Positions 1-8,667 are shown, numbered from the stretch's first letter. The stretch: 64,000 bases of DNA from a bacterium (GCA_030428785.1 JAUIEF010000001.1:18105-82104); one strand, 5' to 3'. Made by a program: numbers and translations. Notes: generated by a model not told the origin, from the letters alone.

Positions 1-163
1 GCACGAGTCGGCCCGTCGACTCATGGTAGGCGAGCGCCTTCTCCACCGCGCGCCCCGAGCGGCCCTGCTCGGAGTTCGCCGCCGCGGGATGGGCGGCCGC
101 GAACTCCGAGCGAGTGAACACCGGATGGGTGTCGAAGAACGCCGCCGGGCTCCAGGTGCTCAT
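1..163 (-). CDS. 5' end of a gene running off the left edge; N-terminus resembles AbiEi-type wHTH antitoxin/regulator N-domains (tentative)
   Basis: Own translation of the minus strand from ATG 163-161: MSTWSPAAFFDTHPVFTRSEFAAAHPAAANSEQGRSGRAVEKALAYHESTGRLV..., open to position 1. Composition is protein-like, unlike the R/G-rich track ORFs 21..245(-) and 23..241(+). A palindromic site lies directly upstream. Confidence 0.45.
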   Translation of the reverse strand, partial: MSTWSPAAFFDTHPVFTRSEFAAAHPAAANSEQGRSGRAVEKALAYHESTGRLV

Positions 164-169
164 GATGGT

Positions 170-196
170 CAAAATACCCCAATGATTGGGGTCTTT
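170..196. promoter_or_regulatory. Operator-like inverted repeat at the 5' end of the 163(-) gene
   Basis: AAAATACCCC-aatgatt-GGGGTCTTT, with an inner perfect palindrome ACCCCAAT-g-ATTGGGGT (176-192). The 11-mer CAAAATACCCC (170-180) recurs at 5949-5959 in front of the Fic gene. Confidence 0.4.
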
Positions 197-282
197 CGAC
201 GGATTCGTGCAGCAACTCGAGGGTGGGGCGACCTTGGCTGAACAAGCTCGGGCTGGCGGCTTCGGGCGTCGCTCGACCGCAC

Positions 283-459
283 TCAGGGATCGCGGCCGGG
301 ACCCTCGCGCTCCGAGACGTCCACGACCCGCCCGTCGACGACGACCCACACGGGGAACCGGTGCTTCCTCAGCCAGGCGACCTCCCGGCGGATCGCCTCG
401 GTGGCTCCCTCCTGGATCTGACGGAGCCGACGGTCGAGGAACTGCTCGCGGGTCTCCAT
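283..459 (-). CDS. Small hypothetical protein (58 aa), second gene of a two-gene cassette
   Basis: Shorter than any ORF listed in the track. Own translation: METREQFLDRRLRQIQEGATEAIRREVAWLRKHRFPVWVVVDGRVVDVSEREGPGRDP. The ATG at 459 lies 4 nt after the stop of 464..715 on the same strand. Codons are G/C-ending. Confidence 0.45.
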   Translation of the reverse strand: METREQFLDRRLRQIQEGATEAIRREVAWLRKHRFPVWVVVDGRVVDVSEREGPGRDP

Positions 460-463
460 GTCG

Positions 464-715
464 TCAGCCGTCGTCCATCGCCGTGCTCGGCCGCCGGGTC
501 AGTTCTTCGGGTCGCCGCGGTCGCCCCACGGCGTCGCCGTGCTCGGCGCCGGGCCGGGTGCGCAGCCACGCCACGACGGCGGCCTCGATCTCGTCCTCGG
601 TCGCCGAGGGGCGCTCCCGGCGAAGCCGCTGCCGCACGAGGGCGACTCCGCTCTCGAAGAGGTCGAGTGCCAGTCGGAGCCGCGCCACGGGCGAGAGCGT
701 GTCCGCAGGGTCCAT
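464..715 (-). CDS. Small helical protein (83 aa), possible antitoxin-like family
   Basis: Inner ATG (715) of track ORF 464..916: MDPADTLSPVARLRLALDLFESGVALVRQRLRRERPSATEDEIEAAVVAWLRTRPGAEHGDAVGRP... From memory, similar short proteins are annotated as Rv0078B-related antitoxins (unverified). A degraded second copy lies at 4725-4836. Confidence 0.55.
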   Translation of the reverse strand: MDPADTLSPVARLRLALDLFESGVALVRQRLRRERPSATEDEIEAAVVAWLRTRPGAEHGDAVGRPRRPEELTRRPSTAMDDG

Positions 716-978
716 GCGGCCAGTGTACCTCGACGGTGCGCTCTCCCCGGCATCCGGAGGGCTCCCTGGCCGGGTTGGCCGACCGGTCCTGACTGGACAT
801 CGGTCACCACTCTTCGCGAACCGAGAGCCTTCCTCCACACCGCCCCACTGGTTCCCGGCGAGGACCCGGTCGCGAACAGAGAGCCAGTTCGCACAACCGG
901 ATGACCGGGGAACCACTCAGCGCGGCGGGAGCGAGGGTGACGGCGCAGTCGGGGGCCGGGTCGAGGACTGCCAGACGC

Positions 979-2676
979 TCAGGGAATGAACTCGTCGGCT
1001 CCCATGTCCGCGACGATCGTCTCCTCCGGATCTCCGTCCCCATCGACGCGTCGGCGGTCGCCTTGGATGTCCCGCTCGAAATGGGCCGTGTCCGGCCCCG
1101 CAACACTGTTCTCACCTCGATCGATACAGCAGGAGCCGCTCGTCAAGAGGTAGTTGCCTGATGCCGGGTCGAAGAAGAGAGGGTCGATGGAGACGTTGAA
1201 CGAGGTCGCGGCATTCGGAGTGCACCCCGTGCTGACGCAGGCGAGCACGTCTTGCCAGTCGTTGTTCACGAAGCCATCCGTACCGTACGGTCCCGAGCAG
1301 GGGTTCCAGCCGGAAGCGCCACCGATGGAGTTGCCCCAGACGATGTTGTTGTTCACGTATCCCACGTACGAAGCCCAGGACCCACTGTCCACCTCGATCC
1401 CGTACCCCGCATTGGATGCGATGGTGCAGTTGAGGACGTCGAGGTTCCCCTGCTGGCTCGCGTCGATGTTCTTGGCGAGAACACCGCTCGAGGCATTGTC
1501 GACGATCGCGTTTCCGCGCAGCGCCAGACGGATGTACGGCGGCAGCTCGAGAAGATCACCACCATCGACGACGATTCCGGGGCCCAGGTTTTCCGACACG
1601 AGGTTGTTGTCGGTCCGCCACGACTGGATGTTCGCCGTCGAGTGCTCGTCCTGGTCGGCGAAGAAGAGGATCCCCGCGTCGTTGCAACCGTGGATCGAGT
1701 TGTATCGCACGAGCGTGTTCGTGTGACTCATCGTGACATCGCCACCGTGCCGCGCATCCCCGCCCAACCGAAGCCCGGTCGCGAATCCCGCCGATGGTCC
1801 GCTCGCAGCACTGGAGTCGATCGTGTTGTAGGTGATGCTGCAGATGGCATCGGCGTGCAACCCGGATGAGGTCACGGGATCGTATGCGTCCAGCAGGAGG
1901 TCGATCGCCGACAACGCGCCATCGCCGTTCTGAAGAGTGAAGGAACTGTCCTGGACTCTCAGGTCGATCGCCGCGCGGGCGGCGCCGCCGATACAGTCGG
2001 TCCCGATGTCGACGACGACACCGCCCGGCTCGTTCGGCTCGATCGTGCAACCGATGACGATCAGCTTCAGGCTCGGTGGGTTGAAGTCGGCCGTCCCGAC
2101 GGGCACGGGTCCGCCGATCCCGCGGATCGAAGGGTGACCGCCGGTTCCACTCGCATTCATCTCCGAGCGCTCGATGGTGCAGTTGTCGACCGTGACCGTG
2201 CTGATGGCGCCGTCTCGCGTCTCGACCAACAATGCTCCGGGAGCATCGGTCGATGGAGTGTCCTCACCCGCGAAGTCGAGGTTCCGGAACGTCGCATCGA
2301 GGCGGCCGCTGCCCGTCGATCGCACCTCGAACAACGCCTCCACGGCCGATGAGGCGATGTCGCCACCGATCCGTGGATTCGCCGCCCCCCCGGCCTCGAA
2401 CGTCAGCGGCTCGGAATCGACGACGATCGGGAATCCCGTCCCGAGGCCCGAAGACTCGTGGGCGAGGTCGTAGTCGCCCGGATTGATGCGGATCGTGCCG
2501 CCGTCGTTCGCCGAAGCCACGACCGCCGCATGGCTGATCGTCAGGAACGGGAACGACGGGCTCGTTCCCGGGAACGAGTCGTTGCCCGTGAGAGCATCGA
2601 CGTAGTAGGTCGTCTGAGCTCCCGCAGAGAGACCCAAGACAAGGACGACTGATACCGCTAGAACGGATTTCAACAT
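979..2676 (-). CDS. Secreted right-handed parallel beta-helix repeat protein (pectate-lyase-fold)
   Basis: Track ORF 979..2709. The signal peptide MLKSVLAVSVVLVLGLSAGAQ starts at ATG 2676; ATG 2688 and GTG 2709 are alternative starts. Periodic N/G/D-rich turns (YNTIDSS, YNSIHGCND, NNLVSEN, GNAIVDN, NNNIVWGN) and a C-terminal DGDGD acidic tail. Confidence 0.8.
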   Translation of the reverse strand: MLKSVLAVSVVLVLGLSAGAQTTYYVDALTGNDSFPGTSPSFPFLTISHAAVVASANDGGTIRINPGDYDLAHESSGLGTGFPIVVDSEPLTFEAGGAANPRIGGDIASSAVEALFEVRSTGSGRLDATFRNLDFAGEDTPSTDAPGALLVETRDGAISTVTVDNCTIERSEMNASGTGGHPSIRGIGGPVPVGTADFNPPSLKLIVIGCTIEPNEPGGVVVDIGTDCIGGAARAAIDLRVQDSSFTLQNGDGALSAIDLLLDAYDPVTSSGLHADAICSITYNTIDSSAASGPSAGFATGLRLGGDARHGGDVTMSHTNTLVRYNSIHGCNDAGILFFADQDEHSTANIQSWRTDNNLVSENLGPGIVVDGGDLLELPPYIRLALRGNAIVDNASSGVLAKNIDASQQGNLDVLNCTIASNAGYGIEVDSGSWASYVGYVNNNIVWGNSIGGASGWNPCSGPYGTDGFVNNDWQDVLACVSTGCTPNAATSFNVSIDPLFFDPASGNYLLTSGSCCIDRGENSVAGPDTAHFERDIQGDRRRVDGDGDPEETIVADMGADEFIP

Positions 2677-2709
2677 CACTCCCCCCATCCCCGCTGCACG
2701 GGCTGTCAC

Positions 2710-4419
2710 TCAAGGTCTTGAGAAGACCGTTATCTCACCTGAATTCGGGACACCCCCCGCATCCGACGTGTCGTCGCCGACGACGAGTTCCGCGATCCCG
2801 TCGCCGTCGAGATCCGCGACCGCCACGTCCCAGCCGAATTCATCCATGCAGTTCGGCGTCAGCTCGAACAGGACGTGGTGCGTCGCGAAGTAGGGTCCCA
2901 TCGCGACGAAGACCGCTCCGCCGGAAGTCCCGGTGCAGGCAGAGCCGGTAGGGCCGCTGAACGGATCCCCGACGGCGATGTCGACCCAGCCGTCGCCGTT
3001 CACGTCGCCGACATCGACGGAGTAGCCATACGACACGCTGTCCTCGCCCTCCGCGAGGACCGATGGCGGGCGATGGATGGCCGTACTCTGCCCGAAGCCG
3101 GGAGACCAGAAGATGAAGGTGTGGTCGCGCATGTCGGTCGCGACGAGGTCGACTCCTCCGTCCCCGTCGAGATCCGCGGCGGCGAGCGCGTTGCCGAACC
3201 GGCTGTTCGTCCCGTCCGGGAGCGGACTCTCGAGGATCTGCGGCGAATCGAGGCCGGGTCCCGGGAAGACGTAGACCCGACCGATTCCATAGGTCCCCCC
3301 GACCGTCTCGTGCGGCACACCGAGCACGAGGTCCTCCACCCCGTCTCCCGTCACGTCTTCGGCGAGCAGGCACGTCGCGAAGTAGGCGCTCGCGTCGGGG
3401 GTCGGCGCAGTGAGGGTCGTGACCGTTCCGAGGTCGGGGCCCCAGTGCACGTCGATTCGACCGGAGGCCGGCAGCCCGCCCGTGGCAGCGAGGACCACCG
3501 ACACGGCCACGTCAGCGAAACCGTCGTCGTCGAAGTCGCCCGCGGTCATGAACCGCCCGAAGCCCTCGTACTCGGGTCCGCTGCCTGCGCTCTGGACGAC
3601 GACCGCGGGTGTAGCCACGAAGCCTGCAGTGCCTCCCGCGAAGACGAAGACGTGTGCGAATGAACCTGCTGGCACCGGAAAGGGACCGGGACCCTGCGCC
3701 AGCACCAGGTCATCCCGACCGTCACCGGTGACGTCGGCGATGCCGAACGCCTGTCCGAAGAGCCCCGACTCGACAGGAAGCGGAGTGGAGATCGGCACTG
3801 CCGATGTGAAGTCGGGGCCCTGGAACATGTACACGCGTCCGGCGTCCGGCACACCTCCCACGTTCTCGAACCATGACCCGGCGATGATGTCGGCATGACC
3901 GTCGCCGTCGAGGTCCGACACCGCGACCCTGTCGGCAAAGAGCGAGGCCTGTTGCGGGTCGGGTGAGAGCAGGGTGAGAGCGTCGTCGAACGCGAAGTAC
4001 GCCTCGACCAGCGGAACCGTGGCGGGATTGCTCAAGCGATCGCTGACATAGCCGTGCGCGATGAGCTGCAGACCCAACGCCGCCGGATTGACGGGGCCGA
4101 CGTTGAACGAGACGTCGAGTCGGCCATCGGGTGGGAGGGGGCCCGCTGGAAGGACCTGCAAGAGGTTGCCGATGGCCCACGGCCCGATGGCCGTCGGCTG
4201 CAACGCGAGGATCGGAGCGGGGTTGGCGCCGAGTGCAACCCACGCGAACTCACCCGCTGACTGCGGCTCCTCGAGGGTGAGCGTCATGTCACCCTGGAAG
4301 TGGGGATCACCTTGCAACGACAGCCGGGGCTCGACCTGAGCCGGGAGGTCAGGAGCGCCTGACAGCACCATGAATGCGGCCGCCGCGATAACGCCGCTCG
4401 CACTCTTGAACCAATTCAT
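2710..4419 (-). CDS. Secreted FG-GAP (integrin-alpha/VCBS-type) repeat protein
   Basis: Track ORF 2710..4707 trimmed to ATG 4419 (MNWFKSASGVIAAAAFMVLSGAPDLPAQ, signal peptide). Repeated DLDGDGHADIIAG, DVTGDGRDDLVL, DFDDDGFADVAV, DVTGDGVEDLVLG, DLDGDGGVDLV, DVNGDGWVDIAVG and DLDGDGIAELVVG motifs, with FG..G..VY elements. Confidence 0.9.
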   Translation of the reverse strand: MNWFKSASGVIAAAAFMVLSGAPDLPAQVEPRLSLQGDPHFQGDMTLTLEEPQSAGEFAWVALGANPAPILALQPTAIGPWAIGNLLQVLPAGPLPPDGRLDVSFNVGPVNPAALGLQLIAHGYVSDRLSNPATVPLVEAYFAFDDALTLLSPDPQQASLFADRVAVSDLDGDGHADIIAGSWFENVGGVPDAGRVYMFQGPDFTSAVPISTPLPVESGLFGQAFGIADVTGDGRDDLVLAQGPGPFPVPAGSFAHVFVFAGGTAGFVATPAVVVQSAGSGPEYEGFGRFMTAGDFDDDGFADVAVSVVLAATGGLPASGRIDVHWGPDLGTVTTLTAPTPDASAYFATCLLAEDVTGDGVEDLVLGVPHETVGGTYGIGRVYVFPGPGLDSPQILESPLPDGTNSRFGNALAAADLDGDGGVDLVATDMRDHTFIFWSPGFGQSTAIHRPPSVLAEGEDSVSYGYSVDVGDVNGDGWVDIAVGDPFSGPTGSACTGTSGGAVFVAMGPYFATHHVLFELTPNCMDEFGWDVAVADLDGDGIAELVVGDDTSDAGGVPNSGEITVFSRP

Positions 4420-4724
4420 GCCAACCCCCATTCCAACATCAGCCCCGACACTCCCACGGTGCGGGATTCCCGAGCGCCCGGGCCGAAGATACCACGGAAG
4501 CCGCCGACTCGGGACTCGGATCGTTCGAGGTTGGGACGGCTCTGTGGATGCGTCGCAGTTGTGGACCAGCCCACGCGGACGGCCCGGCCCGCACCGAGTC
4601 TCATCGGCGGGCGACCAGGGAGCCACTCCGCGCGGACGGACACCGCCGACGGCCGCACGGGAGCGACGGGAGCGACGGGACTGAACGTCGCGAGATCGGA
4701 GCACCACCAGACAGAGAGTCCCAT

Positions 4725-4836
4725 CTGCGGCGGCTCCGCCGGGAGCGGCCCACGGCGACCGACGCCGAGATCGAGGCCGCCGTCGTCGCGTGGCTACGCA
4801 CCCGGCGCGGTCGCCCCACGGCGTCGCCGTGCTCGG
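4725..4836 (+). pseudogene. Degraded fragment of a second copy of the 464..715 gene
   Basis: The plus frame reads LRRLRRERPTATDAEIEAAVVAWLRTR, against VRQRLRRERPSATEDEIEAAVVAWLRTR in copy 1. It has no start codon, lacks the 5' half, carries a one-codon deletion, and its last 31 bp are inverted relative to copy 1. Confidence 0.6.
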
Positions 4837-4858
4837 GCCCGACCGCAGGCCCGCGGAC

Positions 4859-5917
4859 TCAACCGACCTCGTCCACCCGTCGCCAGCGCGCGGCGGGGCC
4901 CCGCCCCTCGGACACGAGCACGCCCTCGTCGCGGAGGCTCCGCAGCACCTTGCGGATCGTGTCGCGCCCGACGCCGGGGCAGTCCCGCTCGAGATCCGCG
5001 GTGCGGAACGGCAACCGTCGCCGATCGATCGCCGCGCGCACCTGCGCCGACTTGCGCCCGCGTCCGCCGTCCACGGCGCCGACGCGCTCCTCGAACTCCT
5101 TGTAGGCCGCGATGAGCACGCCCCAGAAGAGGTCGAGCCACGGGTGCGGATCGTGGCGGCCCCCGTGCCAGCCCTGCGAGCTCGCCTCGAGCGTCGCGTA
5201 GTAGCGATCCTTCACCTCCTCGAAGAGTCGTTCCAGACTGATGTAACGCGCGACCTCGTAGCCCGACCGGTACAGCAGCTGGAGCGTGACGAGGCGCGCC
5301 GTGCGCCCGTTGCCGTCGGTGAACGGGTGGACGCACAGCAGGTCGAGGACGGCCAGCGGCACGAGCACCAACGGGTCGTGACGGCCGGCGGTCAGCGCCG
5401 CGTGATAGGCGCGCGTGAGGTCCGTCATCGCCTGCGGGGTCGCCACGGCGGACACCGGTTTGAAGCGCACGCGCACCGTGCGGCCGCGGGTGTCCTTGTC
5501 GACGATCTCGTTGTCGGCGGACTTCCAGAGCCCGCCCTCCGCCGGCTGATAGCGGGAGAGCATCCCGTGGAGCTGCAGGACGACGTTGGGCGTGAACGGC
5601 ATCTCCCCGGCCGCCTCGTGCAGGAGCTGCAGCGCGTCACGGTAGCCGGCGATCTCCTGCTCCGAGCGATCGCGCGGCGTCGCGTCGTGCCGCACGAGGC
5701 CCTCGATGCGCGCGTGCGTCGCGGTGATGCCCTCGAGCCGGTTGGACGACTCCACGGACTCGACCGACGCGACCTGCCTCAGCACCTCGAGGACCTCCGG
5801 CCGCTGGCGGGTGTGGAGCGCCTGCCGGCCCCGGAACTCCCCGAGCCGCCGCAGCGTCGCGACCTGGTCCGGCCGGAAGGTCAGCGCCCCGAGGAACGCC
5901 GGATCGAGTGAGTGCAT
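4859..5917 (-). CDS. Fic family protein (AMPylase-type), class II with N-terminal inhibitory helix and C-terminal winged helix
   Basis: Full track ORF. Fic motif HPFTDGNGRTAR, upstream inhibitory-type motif SNRLEG ([ST]xxxE[GN]), and a C-terminal wHTH-like RDTIRKVLRSLRDEGVLVSEGRG. Confidence 0.92.
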   Translation of the reverse strand: MHSLDPAFLGALTFRPDQVATLRRLGEFRGRQALHTRQRPEVLEVLRQVASVESVESSNRLEGITATHARIEGLVRHDATPRDRSEQEIAGYRDALQLLHEAAGEMPFTPNVVLQLHGMLSRYQPAEGGLWKSADNEIVDKDTRGRTVRVRFKPVSAVATPQAMTDLTRAYHAALTAGRHDPLVLVPLAVLDLLCVHPFTDGNGRTARLVTLQLLYRSGYEVARYISLERLFEEVKDRYYATLEASSQGWHGGRHDPHPWLDLFWGVLIAAYKEFEERVGAVDGGRGRKSAQVRAAIDRRRLPFRTADLERDCPGVGRDTIRKVLRSLRDEGVLVSEGRGPAARWRRVDEVG

Positions 5918-5932
5918 GGCGAGCCGCCAGAG

Positions 5933-5959
5933 GGGGTATTCCAGGCCCCAAAATACCCC
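5933..5959. promoter_or_regulatory. Operator-like inverted repeat upstream of the Fic gene
   Basis: GGGGTATT-ccaggccccaa-AATACCCC (8-bp arms). It contains the same 11-mer CAAAATACCCC (5949-5959) seen at 170-180. Confidence 0.4.
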
Positions 5960-6102
5960 TTCTCGGGCGCCTCACCCCCTCTTCTTCCGGGGGTTCCGGG
6001 TGCCGATCCCCGGGAGCGTGGCGCCGACGCGTGGTCGGGGGCGGCGTCCGTGCGCTCCGGGCGCCGCAGCCGGACGACGACCCGGACCGCCTGCCCCGCC
6101 CG

Positions 6103-8235
6103 CTACTCGGCGAGCTGCGGCAGGATCGTCAGGTCGACGTAGCGCTCGGGATCCTCCTCGAAGCGGCGCACGGCGGTCTTGTTGAACAGGTAGATCTTCC
6201 GGCCGCGGTACATCACGAAGGGGTCGTTCTCGGACACGACGCGCGTGGGGTAGACGGGGCAGTAGACCTGCTCGAGCGTGCGCTCCGGGAGCTCCAGGTC
6301 GGCGAGCTGCGGCAGGACCGCCGCCGAGAGGTAGGCCTCGCGGTCCGCCTCCCACTTGCGGGCGCACTTGCTGCAGCACAGCAGGACCTCGCGACCCTGG
6401 TACTCCACGGCGATGGCCTCGTCGTCGCCGAGGACCTCGGTGTTCGTCATGACCGGGCAGAAGACCTGCCGGCCGTCCGCCGCCGCGACGCGCTCCGACG
6501 CGACGTCGGCGACGATGTCGGGGACGCGGACGTCCGCCACGCGGCGCACCCCTCCGTCGGACGGCCGGTGCGCCCCCGTCGGGCGACCCGTCGACCGGCC
6601 CTCGGAGCGCCCGCCGACGTGCATGTCGCCCGGCGCCAGGACCTCGACGAGGTCGGAGTTCGCGCCGCCGTCCGCGCCGCCCGTCACGAGGATGCGGCCC
6701 TGCCACGGGACGAGGCGGTGCACGATGCGCGGCGTGTGGCTGCCCACGAGTTCCCACGCGCTCCCGTCGTCCGTGAGGCGCTGGACCTCGCCGCCGGCCA
6801 CGCTCGCGTAGAGCCGGCCGTCGAGCACGCAGGCGGCCGACGCGAATCCCGCGACGACGTGATCGCCGAGCAGCTCGGGCCCGCGCGACCACTCCTGCGT
6901 CGCGGGATCGAAGATGTCGACGCGGCGCGACACCTCGTCCTCGTCGTCCATGCCGCCCATGACGTGGAGGCGCCCCTCGTGCGCCGCGACGATGAGCGCC
7001 CGCCGCGCGAAGGGCTGGGGGATGCGCTTCCACGCCGCCCGCGGGTCGGTGAGGTCGAGCGACAGCATGTCCTCGGGCCACTCGTTGCCGCGCTCCCGAC
7101 CGAGCATGTTCCAGCCGCCGACGACGTAGAGCGTGTCGTCCAGCACGACGACGTCGTGGGACGAGCGGCCCTCGGGCAGCGGCGGCAGCCACTCCCACTG
7201 CATGCTCGCGGGGTCGAAGCGCGCGCAGTCCGCCACCGAGTGGTTGTCGGCCTTGGTCCCGCGCGGATTGCGCGGCTGCATGCCACCGACGCGGTAGACC
7301 TTGCCGTCGTGAGCCGCGAGGTTCATGCCCTGCAGGCGCGGCCCGGGCGGCAGCGACTCCCAGACGGGCGGGCCGTCGATCCGCAGCCGCGAGAAGCGGC
7401 CGCTCACCGCCTCGGTGTCGTAGTCGTGGGTGTTTGCGATGTGGCCGCCGTAGACGTAGAGCCAGCCGTCGCTCCCCACCGCGCCGAAGCTCGACGTCGG
7501 CTGGGGCAGCCGCGGGAACGCGCGCGCCGTCGGCGCCGCGACGCGTGCGGTCGGTCGGCGGTCCTCGCCGACCTGCGCGACGAGCGTCGCGTAGGCGCGC
7601 GCCTCGGCGTAGTCCACGCCCTCGTGGGTCCCCGGCCCGCCCACCGTGGCCCTCGACCACGCGCCGAAGCGACCGGTCTGCGGGAAGCTCTCCGTGAGCC
7701 CCTCGGCGTCGGTGACGACCTCGCGTCCGCCGCCGTCCGGCAGCAACACGGTGACCTCGGCGCCCTCGACGGGCCGGCCGTACGAGAGGAGGCGGAAGCG
7801 CAGCTCGCCGACGCGCCCCACGGGCACGAGCTCGACGGGGTGCTCGTCACCCAGGCGCAGCGCCGGGTCGAACGCATCGCCGAGGATCGCCTTGGGGTGG
7901 TAGCTGATGAGGTTCGCGGGTGCGTCGCCCGGCTGGTGCAGGCCGAGCTGGAGAGCGCCGTGGATCAGCCGCGCCGACTCCGCGTCGTAGTCGACACGGA
8001 AGGCGTGCTCCTCCATCGTCTTGTCCAGCGGCGCGTCGACGCCGGCCCGGTCGCGCACCTGGAGCTCGAGCCCGCTCAGCATGCCGGGCCCGACCTCGTC
8101 GTCCGGATCGAGGTCCTCGCTCAGGAAGACGTAGGCCACACCGCCGCCGGGTTCGGGGACGACGAAGACGAAGTGCGCGTGGGCCGCGACCGGCAGGACG
8201 GCGGTCGCGAGGACGGCGAGGAGAAGGCGGAGCAT
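6103..8235 (-). CDS. Secreted multidomain protein: DUF4198-like metal-binding domain, Kelch beta-propeller and two YHS/TRASH-like modules
   Basis: Track ORF 6103..8523 trimmed to ATG 8235 (MLRLLLAVLATAVLPVAAHAHFVFV, signal peptide with a mature N-terminal His-Ala-His). Kelch-like blades (WLYVYGG, GKVYRVGG, TLYVVGGW, GRLHVMGG, GRLYASVAGG, GRILVTGG). The C-terminus carries FCPVMTNTEV...LLCCSKCARKW and YCPVYPTRVV...YLFNKTAVRRF. Confidence 0.85.
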   Translation of the reverse strand: MLRLLLAVLATAVLPVAAHAHFVFVVPEPGGGVAYVFLSEDLDPDDEVGPGMLSGLELQVRDRAGVDAPLDKTMEEHAFRVDYDAESARLIHGALQLGLHQPGDAPANLISYHPKAILGDAFDPALRLGDEHPVELVPVGRVGELRFRLLSYGRPVEGAEVTVLLPDGGGREVVTDAEGLTESFPQTGRFGAWSRATVGGPGTHEGVDYAEARAYATLVAQVGEDRRPTARVAAPTARAFPRLPQPTSSFGAVGSDGWLYVYGGHIANTHDYDTEAVSGRFSRLRIDGPPVWESLPPGPRLQGMNLAAHDGKVYRVGGMQPRNPRGTKADNHSVADCARFDPASMQWEWLPPLPEGRSSHDVVVLDDTLYVVGGWNMLGRERGNEWPEDMLSLDLTDPRAAWKRIPQPFARRALIVAAHEGRLHVMGGMDDEDEVSRRVDIFDPATQEWSRGPELLGDHVVAGFASAACVLDGRLYASVAGGEVQRLTDDGSAWELVGSHTPRIVHRLVPWQGRILVTGGADGGANSDLVEVLAPGDMHVGGRSEGRSTGRPTGAHRPSDGGVRRVADVRVPDIVADVASERVAAADGRQVFCPVMTNTEVLGDDEAIAVEYQGREVLLCCSKCARKWEADREAYLSAAVLPQLADLELPERTLEQVYCPVYPTRVVSENDPFVMYRGRKIYLFNKTAVRRFEEDPERYVDLTILPQLAE

Positions 8236-8667
8236 CGTGGGGCACCCGGGGGTGTTGAGGACACGGCTTGGGGATCGGCTCGAGCGCTCGTCCGTCATCG
8301 CCGTGTCCGCTCGCGGGATGGCCGGCCGCGAAGCGGGCCGGCGCGGGCGTGACCGGGAGGAGCGGTGCGCTCGGTGAGGCCGAGGACCCCGTTTTTGCAA
8401 CTGCGTCTCAATTACAACAAATCGAGCATGGCCGTCAAGCGATCCCCGCCGGCGGGCGGAGCGCGAGTGTCCCCCGGACGACGGCGGGGCCGCCTCGACA
8501 GCGAGCTCCACCCGGCGGCGCACTCGGCCTCGCCGTCAGATCGCCTGCCGCTCGCCGTCCATGGCCGCCGACGCGCCGGGCGCCGCGATTCCGGGCGCGA
8601 CGCGTCGAGAGCTCACCGCGGATCACCGCGGTGGTCGGGCGACTCACCGAGCGAGGAGGTCGAGAGC

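Noticed and set aside
5908-8352. 814-aa plus-strand ORF and the 562-aa ORF 5972..7660(-)
   Set aside because: They overlap the DUF4198-Kelch-YHS gene, which has clear repeats and a signal peptide. Both alternatives are low-complexity and R/A/G-rich.
8391-8425. AT-rich patch GTTTTTGCAACTGCGTCTCAATTACAACAAATCGA in the 430-nt divergent region between the Kelch and M12B genes
   Set aside because: It probably contains promoters, but I could not place a convincing -35/-10 pair on either strand. It is recorded only as a place to look.
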